Below, one piece after another: positions 13,221-25,006 of a DNA stretch of 64,000 nucleotides. The stretch covers positions 3,906,001-3,970,000 of the forward strand of contig NC_081331.1 of the NCBI RefSeq assembly GCF_022539665.2. Reading direction: 5' to 3'. This DNA is from Daphnia carinata (Eukaryota). The position numbers and the translations under genes are program-made. The notes under the pieces are model-generated. The model was not told where the DNA came from. It saw only the letters and a list, made by a program, of their open reading frames with translations, and did no database searches. Numbering within the stretch: the first letter of the stretch is position 1; each line of letters opens with the position of its first letter.

Positions 13221-14675
13221 TCCTATTTGAGAATGATGTTTTTTGGAGTTTTAACTTTTTTTTGTTGAAAGCTCCAGACATACCGATATTCAGTAACACT
13301 CTTTTCACCTAATTAACAATGCATGAGGCGTTTAACTGTAGCAGTCATCATTTAGATTGTATTGATTTTATCTACAGCCATAAGTTTTTAAATATATCAA
13401 CGTATATGGCACAACAATTTCACGGGGATACATTTGCTGACGTATATGCTGGAAAATGATTACTTTGAATAACAATGGTTATGGTATTCGTTGTCAGCAA
13501 CTTCCTATGCCCCTCCTTTCCCCAAAATAATCACATGTTCTCCATCACATTCACTCCTCCGTTACGTGTGTCCTTGCCCATTATCGCCAGACGAAAATTC
13601 AGAGTTGTGGAACACAAACTTCGAAAAGAAGGGACGTTTTTCCTCGAAGCAATTTGGTTTTCTTCCCCTCACCCTGGTTTTACTATCTCACACCCCAGCG
13701 GGTCATTTTTAGTTTTTCTACTTCAGTGCAGTCAACATTTCCAACGCGTCAAGGAGTGTGCTAGAGTTATCTACTCCACTATTCAAAGGACGGCACGCGT
13801 AAGTCGAGTGTGTGATCACTTAAGTTTGTACAATCATATTGGAATTGTGGCTGACGAAAAAGGGAAAGTATAGCCTTCCCGAGGCTGGTTGAAGTACGTT
13901 GTAAGAAAAGACATGACTCTAAAGATAATTCCACTGAGCAGCTGTGTTCGCAACGTCGTCACAGCTGGCCAGATCCAAGTGATCGTTAGTGTTCAGCTGG
14001 AACAGATTAAGAGGGTGAGTTCGTCTCGAAGGCATATGCAGTGCAGAAACTGAATAGATCTGTTTAATGGAGAATTTATTTTCTATTTAGTGAAGCAAAA
14101 TTTTTCAAAATAGAGATATTTGTGCAATGGCAAGTGCAGCAGAAGAATCGAAGCCGAAGGGAATGGCTTTACCGACAGTTAGGTTTGAAAATGATTGCAA
14201 AAATTCAGTTCTGTCTTTTAAAAGGTACAAGTTTTATTTTGATATCCAATAAGCTGTCTTGTATAGATTCACAAATGTAGCTCTTGATTCGTCCATGTTA
14301 ATAAACTGGTAAATCTGTACAGCCATTGCTAGTAGTTAGATTGTGATTTATGACATTTGACACAACAAATCAGTACCGCTTTAAGATGGATGACCATTTA
14401 AAAAAAATAATATTTCACTAAAATGTCATGCAAACTTCTAATACAATTGTTAAAGAGTATTAAACAAAACCAAAAATTGTTCCGCGCAAATTTTTTTCCA
14501 GTTACCTCTTCCGTTCAAATTTCCATGAAACATGGATTTCATTATTCTTTAAAAATATTACTGCTGTAATGACACAATTTAAAACCATTGAACAAAGTTC
14601 CATTAATTCATTAAATTGCGAATCAATAAGCTGTTTTATGGAATTGTGACTGGAAATGATTTAAAAGTTGATTAA

Positions 14676-15833
14676 ATGTCTATGGGTCCCCAGAGCTACA
14701 TAAGAAAAAGTTCCAAATCCAACGGACAACCGTTTTTTGCAAAAGCGATCAAAGCCTTTACTGTCTTTTCAAAAATGTTTTCGTACGTGAAATTATCAGC
14801 TAAAGTGATCGGTGTAGTGGCCGTTGGAGCCAGTGTCGTTGCAATTGGATGGCTAGGATGGAAAGCCTATTCGAAAGTGAATAGAAAAATCCTGCAAGTC
14901 GATGGAAATAATCCAGCGGTAGGGGATGAGGTTAACATCGTACCTCTAGAAGTTGAAGAACGCGTTCCAGAAGCTGCAGTTGGCGATTTAGTTCTGGAGC
15001 CAAACTGCCCACCGCGCCGGAAGAGGAATGCCTCCTACCAGCGAAGATTGGCCAGGAGAGCGAAAGAAAGGGAAGAAAGAGCCGCACGAGAACAACAAGC
15101 GACTCCTGTTGTGCAAGATCCTTGTGCAGCGGATGCCATCGTTCAACTTGTGGTCGTCGTCGTTGAAGAAGAAGCTTCACCATCTGCGGACCAAATAGAC
15201 GATTCCGTCAACGAAAACGCGTTGCCTAAGCCAGTTGCTGATCCTGCCTGTGCAGAACATCCTGTTATTGTCACCCGGCACGAGCTTGTCGAGGATGTTC
15301 TTGTTACTCAAGGCGAGCAATTGGTTGATGGAATTGCTGATGCGGTCGCAGACGCTCCTGTTCGAGAAGGTAGGAAGAGGAGACCAAACAAGGCATTGTG
15401 GAATGCCTCTTACCAGCGAAGATTGGCCAAGAGGGCAAATGAGAGAGCTGAGAGGGCCGCACGAGAACAACAAGCGACTCCAGCAGAAGCATCCGTTTTA
15501 CCCGTCGTTGAAGCAAATGCTTCGGTCGTAGCAGATCACGTTCCTGATGTCATCGTGGAGGCTGAGGTACCTGAACCAGCATGTGATCCTGCCGCCGAAA
15601 AACAAGATCCCATTCCCATCCGACACGAGTGTGTCGTTGATGTTGTTCCTGTTCAGGATGAGAGGTTAGTTGATGGAATTGCTGCTGAAGTCCCAGTTGC
15701 TCCGGTTCGTGTTGGCCGGTATAGAAAGCCAAACAAAGCACTGTGGAATGCCTCCTACCAGCGGAGATTGGCCAGAAGGGCGAAGGAGCGAGAGGAGAGA
15801 GCTGCATTGGAGCAAGCGGTTGTTGTGGAGTAA
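14676..15833 (+). CDS. Intronless orphan protein: N-terminal transmembrane segment plus three Arg-rich NASYQRRLA(R/K)RA repeats separated by acidic Val/Ala/Pro-rich spacers (start may be the ATG at 14775)
   Basis: 385-codon uninterrupted ORF in AT-rich flanks. The repeats at 15027, 15402 and 15747 stay in frame and show third-position differences. Confidence 0.75.
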   Translation: MSMGPQSYIRKSSKSNGQPFFAKAIKAFTVFSKMFSYVKLSAKVIGVVAVGASVVAIGWLGWKAYSKVNRKILQVDGNNPAVGDEVNIVPLEVEERVPEAAVGDLVLEPNCPPRRKRNASYQRRLARRAKEREERAAREQQATPVVQDPCAADAIVQLVVVVVEEEASPSADQIDDSVNENALPKPVADPACAEHPVIVTRHELVEDVLVTQGEQLVDGIADAVADAPVREGRKRRPNKALWNASYQRRLAKRANERAERAAREQQATPAEASVLPVVEANASVVADHVPDVIVEAEVPEPACDPAAEKQDPIPIRHECVVDVVPVQDERLVDGIAAEVPVAPVRVGRYRKPNKALWNASYQRRLARRAKEREERAALEQAVVVE

Positions 15834-15927
15834 ACGGCTCGTTGAGCATTTTTTCTTTTCGTTTTTACCCGACACAATCACACCAGAGCTTGTAAATCAA
15901 AATCCTCGTATCTTTCGGTTAAGTCTT

Positions 15928-16190
15928 GTAAATATTCACTTGTCATGTAAATAATTCCTTGTGCCTTCATTTCAGTTGATTTGGTGAATATTTCCTCGTC
16001 AAAATTCCTTGTGCCTCCATTTCAGTTCGATTTCGTAAATATTTACTCTCAAAATTCTTTGTGCCTACATTTCATTGCAATTTTGTAAATATTTACTTGT
16101 CAACATTTCTTGCACCCCCATTTCAGTTCAATTTTGTATTTATTTACCTGTCAAAATTTTATGTACATTTAAGTTTGGTTTTGTAAATAC
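15928..16190. repeat. Degenerate ~51-bp tandem repeat, about 5 copies
   Basis: Units start GT(A/G)AATATT-like at 15928, 15984, 16035, 16085, 16136 and 16183, with consensus core AAAATTCCTTGTGCC..CATTTCAGTT. Confidence 0.85.
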
Positions 16191-18080
16191 CTGTGATGAC
16201 GCTATCTCCCAGTTGTAATCTGAAGGAACTGGTTGACGAACCCGTAATGGAGTTGTTGATTGTCGTGTGTGGGGATTACCAAAAATGTACGCTTATGTTT
16301 CAATTGTCTTTTTCGTGGCACAAGTTTGCATTGCAAGTGACGGGATGGTGAGCAATATTGCCATCTCCCACATGCATGCATTCGCCGGAAAAAGACCACT
16401 ACGAGAGTTGCTTCTCTCGTAGCGATGGCAAAGTGCACAGGTAGTCTTCACCTCCACGGCAGTCTTCAGCTACCTTTACGGAGGATTTATCCTTAAATGA
16501 GTCAACTGGATCCCGACGGTTGCCACTGTGGAGAAAGCAGAGCAAGGTATGAGTTTCGTCTGCTGTACATAAAAAAATTCAGTTCTTTTCTTGTAAATAC
16601 CACAAAATTCTTAAAACATACTGGCGTTGTGTTTGAGTTTTATTTCCTTTTCATCACAAGAAGCAATAAATTCAACAGATTTCACATTCATTGTAATTGT
16701 GATTATTAACAACGTGATACTTATTCGATCACAGCAATGAGTATACAACCACAAGCACTTGTATTCGAGAAATCCATGATGGCCGCTTCGATTTCTTTTC
16801 CTCCAATCACCTTTCATTCTTGACCCAACCTCCCCATTTAAGGGTTAGCCTACCCTTTGAGCTAACTGTCACTACGACATTAATGGCGCTCTGAAGCAGT
16901 TCAGACTTCAGATTTTCTGTGCCTCCAATAAACGTGTATGTGGCATTATCGAGTGTTGTGTGTTTAATTTATTGTGGGGCTTTCTTGACAACATCATAGT
17001 GTTCATCTCTGTCAGAGCTGGCTAGCATCAAGTGGTGATTCTAACTCAGCAGGAACAGTCGGCGAGGTAGGGTTTACGTTTGAAGCAAGGTCAGCACCAA
17101 AACTACTGCCAGGACACAGGTAAGTGTGGGAGATGGTCAATCATTTTACATGAAATCTGGTTTAAGAATGTAGTAACTGTGGGACAGGAAGCTATTTGTA
17201 ATATGTTTCAGATGGCATGACGTAATGGGTTTTTCTTTTCACGAATTTCCCCCCATTACCATAGATTCTAATACGTAGATACACAATACTTGGAGGATAG
17301 GCTACCATTTGCTGCTTAGAGAGGCTAAGATAGAAAAACACCCATTTGTCCGCAGGTTATTGGAATGCCAGTGAGACACGAGATTCGTTGGTGGATAGAG
17401 TTGTTGTGTTTTCCTCTTGAGACTGTACATGTTTTTCTCTTGATCTAACGTTTTGTACAGGAGACTTTTAATCCCAGAATACTGTAAGTATCGTGTTAGC
17501 ATTACGTACTTTAGACGTAAGCATTTATATCGACCAAATAATCCAGGGACTCTTGATTTATGAAGACATGAGTAAAATTTTACATGGCACACGTTTATCT
17601 AAGGTCTTGTTTTGTGAAATTTAACCCCCATTAATGACACCTGAGAAACGGATTGTTATATAATGTCCAGTCTTGTTTGTGTTAAGTCACGTTTTTCTAC
17701 TATGTTAACTTTATCAATTCAAACAAGCTTTAGAATTGTATCTAATTGTTTTATTAGTTTTTTTTCTTTTTTTGAGCTTTCCAGTCTGGTTACAATGCTC
17801 ATGTGTGAAAAGGAAATGGATTGAATTCTATCGTCTTTACGCTGTGATTACACACACTACGTTAATGTGATTACATGAAAAAGCTACTATATGGGTAAGA
17901 AACCAGCATTTTTCTTAAAGAAACAGTATGCTGTGTTCAGTTTTGGTTTTCGTTTCGTAATGGACGAGTTTTAGCAGCAACCTAAGAGTACATAATTTAA
18001 AATTTCATTCGTTTGCTTTATCAGAGGCACATCAAGTCAAAAGCAAAAAATTCCACTGGAGCTTACAGAAGATCATCCGC

Positions 18081-19597
18081 TTACGTTGCCGAGGCACTGG
18101 ATGCAGATGTAACAGCCGATCCGGTTGACTGAGTATCGGTTCCAGTTGGCGCTTTCTCGTTGATACAAAACCATGGTAGTTCTTTTTGCAAAGCCTTTTA
18201 ACAAATTAAAAAAGAATTACATTTCAAATAAAAGGGATTATACAATTATTTCTTACCAGTCGATATTTTGGATGCGAAATAGCGTAGACAATAGGGTTGG
18301 CGATCGAGGCACATTTGCAAATCAAGGCTGGCAAAATGGTGACCAACGGTGTGATTTTTGCCTGATTTCCGACAGCTCCTTGCAAAACAATTGCTGCATA
18401 CGGTGTCCACATTCCAACCCAAAGTGCGATGTTTGCTAGAGCGACTTTGGCGACACGGATCTCAGCACTCTGAGCATTCTGGTCGACGTTGGAACGAAGC
18501 GATGTTACGTTCATTTTCTTTGCCTGCTCACGCAACGCCTTTTCATGATGAAAAATAGCTTGAACAATGTGATAGTAGCAGTAACTGATGATAAGGAGTG
18601 GCGTGCAATAGTTGGAGACGAAGACACAACAAGTGTAGGATACAATCTGTTTAGCAAACGCTGTTTTAAAAAATTGTTTATCACTTTTGCGTAAAAAATT
18701 ACCCTAGTCTCGCGTGTCAGGTAATCAAACCCACATGAATCCAAGATGCCTTCAGGTATGTAAGCACCCCATCCAAGGAAAGGGAAAATACTCCACAAAA
18801 TTGCGTAACACCAGCAAAAAGTGATAAGGCCTGCAGCTTTTTCTGTACATAAAATCCAGTGCATCCGTTATTTGCACACAGTTAAACAGTAAATATCTCT
18901 ATAGTGTATGTAGTGGGAAAGCAAATCATACTGTAAGTCATGCGCGGCCCATTCATTCCGTTGACGATGACGTTGTAACGATCGTAACTAATTGCAGCCA
19001 TGGTTGTAATACTGCCCAATCCAAAAACAGATGCTGTGCAAGAGTACAACTCGCAAAGGAAAGGACCGAATAACCAGACACCTCCGTTAAAGCTGTTGTA
19101 GACAAACATTGGGAATTGTGTGATCATCATGCACATATCGGAGAATGCCAAGTTGACGACAAACATATTGGCCGGAGTTTTCAAATCTTTGGTCTTAGAA
19201 AAAAGATGGAGGACAAGTCCGTTGCCTAAACAAAGCGACAAGAAACAAAACATGCAAGTTTCAGTTTTGGATTTTGAAACGAGTGGCAGTCCTAAGTTAC
19301 CAAAAATGGAGATGGTGCCCAAAATAATGTAGGCAAGTCCCTATAAATATTTTATATTAACCAAAATATTAACATTCTATCTCTAAAAATTTCACAAGGT
19401 AAAACTTGAAGGAATTGAATTACCAGGATGTAGTGCCACATCGGATTGACTGGTGGAAATTTGTTCCAGTGAGGATGAATTGTTGACTTCATATCTTCTG
19501 GGACCAGATCGACAATAGAAACTCCTGGAGGGTAGCCCCACGTAATTTGCTCCCCTGCACGGTAGGCAAATGCTTGAATATCTGTATGATTGGACAT
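18081..19597 (-). CDS. Long-wavelength-type rhabdomeric opsin, copy 1 (intact, multi-exon)
   Basis: HPHWNKFPPVNPMWHY, TPANMFVVNLAFSD, SYDRY, YIPEGILDSCGFDY, REQAKKMNV; Schiff-base Lys in LICKCASIANPIVYA; HPKYR; Ser/Thr tail ending at TAA 18081-18083. Confidence 0.95.
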
Positions 19598-19734
19598 GTT
19601 TCAAAGCAAAGTTTTTCGCTAAATGCTTCCTTCTGCCTCTTGACTCAATAGGAAACGGAAGGAAGCAGCTTCGCTCAGGTGAATCTCGTTCAACTACTGG
19701 ATCTAGACTAGGATGGATCACCGTTAACGGTTCG

Positions 19735-19740
19735 TTTATA
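19735..19740 (-). promoter_or_regulatory. Candidate TATA box of opsin copy 1
   Basis: TATAAA on the minus strand ~140 bp upstream of the ATG. Confidence 0.4.
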
Positions 19741-20691
19741 TTTCGATTGAGATTATCCTTTACGTATCGTTGCTAGTTGATATCACGTCCCGCCTTTCAA
19801 GGGTTTCGTTGGATATATCGTTGCAAAGATTTGACGTAGCCATTTACGTAAATTACATAAACAGACTTATACCATTCTAAATCGTAAATGGATCATAGTG
19901 CAACAGAGATACCGTATAGGTTGATCAGTAATTGAGGAATCCTTCCGTTTGGCTCCGTAGTACGCGCATGCCGATTATCTCAGTACCTTGATCAAATCCA
20001 TTTAACCACGCCCGTCACTGTTAAACGGGACATCGTTATCCCGTTGGCTATTCGTTTAATCTTCGTACGATGATGCCTAATAAGATTGCTTTCAGGCAGA
20101 AAGAAAACATTTATACGGTACTTACGATGTTTTTATATGACTATGACGTATGCAAACGGGCAAATTACGTTAGGGTAAAGGGGAGGGGAGCTAAGACAGT
20201 CCGTCAATGGCTTTTATTGGTTTTCAAAACTTCATCCTACTGTAAGTTTATTTCGAAATTGTGCCCGTCACGGTGCAGAGGTTGCTTACCATTACTAGCA
20301 CTTTTGATTGCTCTTTCCACAAAAGTTAATGCAGAAGGTACTATGGAACTATATTAATTGCCCGTTTATCTTAATTCTATTGTCTATAGCGCGTTTAACG
20401 TAGAAGTTGATAATAGTATAACATTATTTGCTCAACGTGCTTGATTTCATTCTTATTGCTTTTAACATTGTGTGCTTGACATGAAATGTCTCCTTTTTAC
20501 CTTTTGTCGGTATTTAATGGCTTGTCTCGTTTAAATAAGTCAATGAAACGTCGGCTTAACATGACTAACGCTGTTTGCTTCCAGTAAACGTATCTTTTTT
20601 TTTCCTTTATGTAGATAATGGTCTTACAGTGACCTAGTGTTTTTCCGGTCGCTACCCAAAAAAGAGGAAAGGTACATTTCTCAAAAGATAT

Positions 20692-20764
20692 TGCCGAAAC
20701 CCGGGATCGAACCAGGGACCTTTAGATCTTCAGTCTAACGCTCTCCCAACTGAGCTATTTCGGC
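20692..20764 (-). tRNA. tRNA-Phe(GAA)
   Basis: Reverse complement GCCGAAATAGCTCAGTTGGGAGAGCGTTAGACTGAAGATCTAAAGGTCCCTGGTTCGATCCCGGGTTTCGGCA is the canonical metazoan tRNA-Phe. Confidence 0.98.
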
Positions 20765-21342
20765 GTTATGAGAGGTAAATTTCCTTAATTGAAATCGGGC
20801 TGTTTGTTTTCGTTATTTCCGTAAATTACGTCATAGCTTTTCTTTGGTGGTCCGCGTTTTCGCTTGCGGGTGAATGAAAGCGCGAAAGTAGTTTTTGCGA
20901 AGATAAGAACTCTTAAAGGCATATCGAACTACACTCGCTGTAGCTTGAAACTTACTAGAAGTTTAAATTTTTGCTTTTATGTGACTAGCTCAATCATTTC
21001 CCAAATGTGGCTATAACAATCCTCGTAAGACCATTCGCTTTTGAAAGAGGAAAATACGCTAGAGGAACATGTACTTTACAGGTATTGTTATATTTTTCAC
21101 CAGGTAAAGCTTGCAAACAAAGGTTAATTTGATTACAGTAGAATGGGCTATATAGTCTTTCAGGGTAACTAAACAGGAAAGAGTGTGTTAACAATCCACT
21201 CCGAATTTAATATAATAATAATAATTGCATTTTCAGAATTCGTAAAGTTCCGTAAGGTTCCTTGTGGAGCTCCGGAAGGTTTCGTTTGACCATTTTTCGT
21301 ATCATTTTGTGTACTCTAGAACGTAAGGATTGCATCAAATAC

Positions 21343-22917
21343 TCAAGGCATAGACACATCTGAAGAAGTTGTATTGCTGGTAATTGTTGATTGGGAATCT
21401 TCGCCACGTCCTCCAGTCGATGTTTCTCATTGATGCAGAACCACGGAAGTTCCGCTTGCAAAGCCTTTGAGTTACAAAGGAAACTTCATCATGTTGTGAT
21501 GCAAAATTGTAAGCTTAATGAATTACCAGGCGGTATTTTGGATGAGAAATAGCGTAAATGATTGGATTAGCGATCGAGGCACTCTTAGCAATCAATGCCG
21601 GCAAAATGGTGACCAAAGGTGTTATCTTATCTTGGTTCCCAACAGCACCTTGTAAAACGATTGCAGCATATGGTGTCCACATAGCTACCCAAAGAGAAAT
21701 ATTCATCATGGCGATTTTGGCGACACGAATTTCTGCGCTCTGGGCATTTTGGTCGGCATTTGACCTAAGCGATGTTACATTCATTTTCTTTGCTTGTTCT
21801 CGCAGCGCCTTTTCATGATGAATGATGGCTCCAACAATGTGGTAATAGCAGAATACGATGATAATAAAGGGCAGGCAGTAATCAAAGACGAATAGACAGC
21901 AAGTGTAAGAAACAGTCTGATTAGAAAAGAAAGAACAAACGAAGCGATTTTATTTTAGTTAATTTGCGCGCAATTTTTATGTAGCTGAAGCATTAATACC
22001 ACCGCATCCCGAGTTAGATAATCAAATGAGCAGGAATCTAAAATTCCTTCCGGAATATACCGTCCCCAGCCGACAAACGGAGTGATGCTCCAGCCAATGG
22101 AGTAAGCCCAGACGAATAAAATAAATGCACCTGCTCTGCCTTTTGATTTTTTAAATTATTAAGATAAATTACATGACAGCCTTAGCAGTAATTAACCATA
22201 TGAATTTCTTGATTAAATTTTTTTTATTCATTCCCTGAAATTATTTAGATGAGGTACGTCCGGCTTACCGTAAGTCATGCGTGTTCCGTTCATCCCATTA
22301 ACGATAACGTTATAGCGATCGTAGCTGATGGCGGCCATAGTGCAGATACTACACAATCCAAAAACAGAGCCGGTGCATGCGTAGAGTTCACACATGAAAG
22401 GCCCAAAAAGCCAAACTCCTCCGTTGAAGCTGTTATAAACGAACATGGGACACTGCGAGATCATCATGCAGAGGTCAGAAAATGCCAAATTGACGACAAA
22501 GATGTTGGCTGGAGTTCTCAAATCCTGTGATTTCGTGAAAAGATGAAGAACCAAGGAATTGCCTAGCTCACAAAACAAACTTGCATGATTGATGTTTTGA
22601 AAGCAAACGGACAATAGCTTTGCTCTACCTGTGATGGAAATGGCACCAAGAAGGATGTAGGCGAGTCCCTAAAAATAGCAAAGAACTTTAGAAGCACATA
22701 AGAACACCTCGATGTGAAGCAAAATTAGTTACCAGCAAGTAGTGCCACATTGGATTGACAGGTGAAATTTATTCCAGTGAGGATGCGTTAACGCCTTCAT
22801 ATCGTCCGGAACCAGATCAACGATGGAAAGTCCAGGTGGATAACCCCAAAGTACCGGCGTCCCGGATGGCCCGCTGGAGCGAAAAGCAACCATTGGATAA
22901 CCGCTGACGTTGGACAT
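21343..22917 (-). pseudogene. Long-wavelength-type opsin, copy 2; two apparent 1-nt deletions (pseudogene or assembly error)
   Basis: All opsin motifs are present, including the Lys in LIAKSASIANP. Exon 1 reads TTT-CA-CCT-GTC-AAT where the paralogs encode FPPVN (~22764). The last exon is 1 nt short at ~21423 before a Ser/Thr tail (STGGRGEDSQSTITSNTTSSDVSMP*). Confidence 0.8.
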
Positions 22918-23094
22918 TTTTTTGACAATCTGTAGCAAATAGATTTTAACGTATATGATAATTCTTTAAAAAATTTTAAGGAAAAACAAACAAGCTGAAA
23001 GAGAGTTACTTGAGCTCTGGCTGATTGCCCTTTCGACTGGATCAGTCACTCGGATGTTTCAGGCTTTTAAAGTACCTGTTTTAACGAGGTGATA

Positions 23095-23161
23095 TTTATA
23101 CCTGTTCGATTACCACCCCGGTAAGTGATGACCTTTAATGAATTACAAACTAATTGGCTTA
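23095..23161 (-). promoter_or_regulatory. Candidate opsin-2 promoter: TATA box plus homeodomain-type sites
   Basis: TATAAA (minus strand) at 23095-23100. TAATGAATTA and TAATTGGCTTA lie at 23136-23161, reminiscent of arthropod rhodopsin core and K50 elements. Confidence 0.35.
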
Positions 23162-25006
23162 TTAAAATGGGTTTTTACACAGATTCAGCCAATGAAGGTA
23201 AACTAAATCCTGACATTGACCTTCACTTCTGACAGACTCCCCCCCCCCCCCCCCCCACATTATTTAGGAAGGTCCTGAACTACATCGTTAGCTAAGCATG
23301 GCTTACCCTTGTTTTCCTGAACATCAATCTATGTGAGGGTAAGACTGCGTCTAACGAGATTGGTAAGCAAGGTTTAGTACTTTAAATCCTTTTTTTTTAA
23401 TTACGTAACGTAGTAGGTGTATCATACATGTAGCTGGATCATCCATGTGCTACATCAAAGCCAATTTTCCATAGCACATTTTCTTTTTTCAGAGAGAAAA
23501 ACACATCGTTCTTCTAGCCGTGAAGAAGCCAAACAAATTTGAAAGGTTTCCAGTGTGCGTGAATAACTGGGGATATTGTCAGGTAGGGTATATTACCGAT
23601 ATAACAATTTTGGTTGGTTTTAACACAGAGTTGAACTTGAAAGCCGAGGAAAGCCCGCATGATTCTTGATCCTTGCCGACCCAAATAGAAATAGCGAAAC
23701 CATTTTAGTTTTGGCTCGTTCGTTATGGCCTGTATTGAGATCATAACTGGTAGTGTGTACTAGTAGCCAAATGCGCTTCACGTCTCCCTAGCAACATCGG
23801 ATATGTACCTGCTTGTTTGGCTCATCCTGGTCTATTTCTAGCAACACATGCCAACGCGTCCGGGAAAAGAGGTCGCGTGAGTTATTTTTTTAATCCCATT
23901 ATATTTTTGTAATTATTGTAGCAACGTACTAACGTTTTCTAATTCACGCAAGATACGGAGCAGGCCTACATCTTCGGCGGGGAAAACTTCCGTTGCGTGG
24001 TGAACGTCTATTGTACTGTGCATCTACGTCTACTACAAAGCACCAACGGATTGATTAAGGTACTTAACGAAAAAATTCATCAAAGCATAGTTGGGAAACA
24101 TTCTCTTGGATGTTGATCTAGATAATTTATTCGACGTCGATGAAACATCAGCGGCGACCTCCTTGCCGTGGAATTTACACCACGTTGTACCGGAGTATTC
24201 CGTTCAGTTAGGGAAGATTGGACGGCCTTTTGATTTCAGCATTGCACAGCAGATGATAAGGTATGTTTTGCATCAAATTTTATGGTATCTCGTATCGTTA
24301 TACCTTAGCTGCTCCTTACAAGCGTCTATAAGGGGTTAATTACGAAATGCAAACTGTTATTACTCGTTTCCGCAAATGCTTGCCAACGTAGACAGCTGGA
24401 TAACTTACTGTTCTATCATACGTCTCCCGAAAATTAGAATGCAGCCAAAACGGGAATTCACGAAATTCCACTTAAAATTATGTCTGATAGAAATTCTGAG
24501 GGTTGAGTGTGAAACTGTAGAATAAGACACAGTTTAACGTATGCTTGGGTCGTTTAATCCTATTAGGTAACGTGTTGAACAATTGCGTATAGTAATATGT
24601 GTTTAAAATATAAGAATCACTACCTTCCATATAATCATAAAATCGAATTAGGTCACAAATTAAGGTCATATTGTTGCATACATCATACCGAAAATTGATT
24701 CACTTAAACTAATAATATATAAAGAATTACTTACAAGCAAGCTTTTTTCGTTACGCTGCAAAATAGCTACTTTTTTCGTTTGGTATGTCAACAATTTAAC
24801 AAGTTCAGTTCACTAGGTAAACGGAAGAAAATTTTTCGTCGTCCACGTAAACTCAACTAGTAAAGCACACTAATTCTGTCCATTAAGGGATTACACCGCT
24901 AGACTGTAACACGTAGGTACATAAGAATGAGTAATTTCGCTTAAAGTAAATTCTTTGTTTCGATCGTTAGCTTTAGGCAAGAAGGGCAATCCACATTTGA
25001 TCTCAT

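Noticed and set aside
13475..14220. 132-aa ORF and scattered splice-like signals after ENPP
   Set aside because: No motif and no coherent spliced frame could be built.
14932..15954. Overlapping alternative-frame and antisense ORFs on the orphan gene
   Set aside because: They are shadows of the repetitive main ORF, with no independent support.
15928..16190. Regularly spaced repeats suggestive of a CRISPR array
   Set aside because: The whole unit repeats with no unique spacers, there are no cas genes, and the context is eukaryotic.
21207..21461. Novel extended C-terminus for opsin copy 2 (ORF 21207-21461)
   Set aside because: Better explained by a 1-nt deletion; the shifted frame gives a normal Ser/Thr-rich opsin tail ending at 21343.
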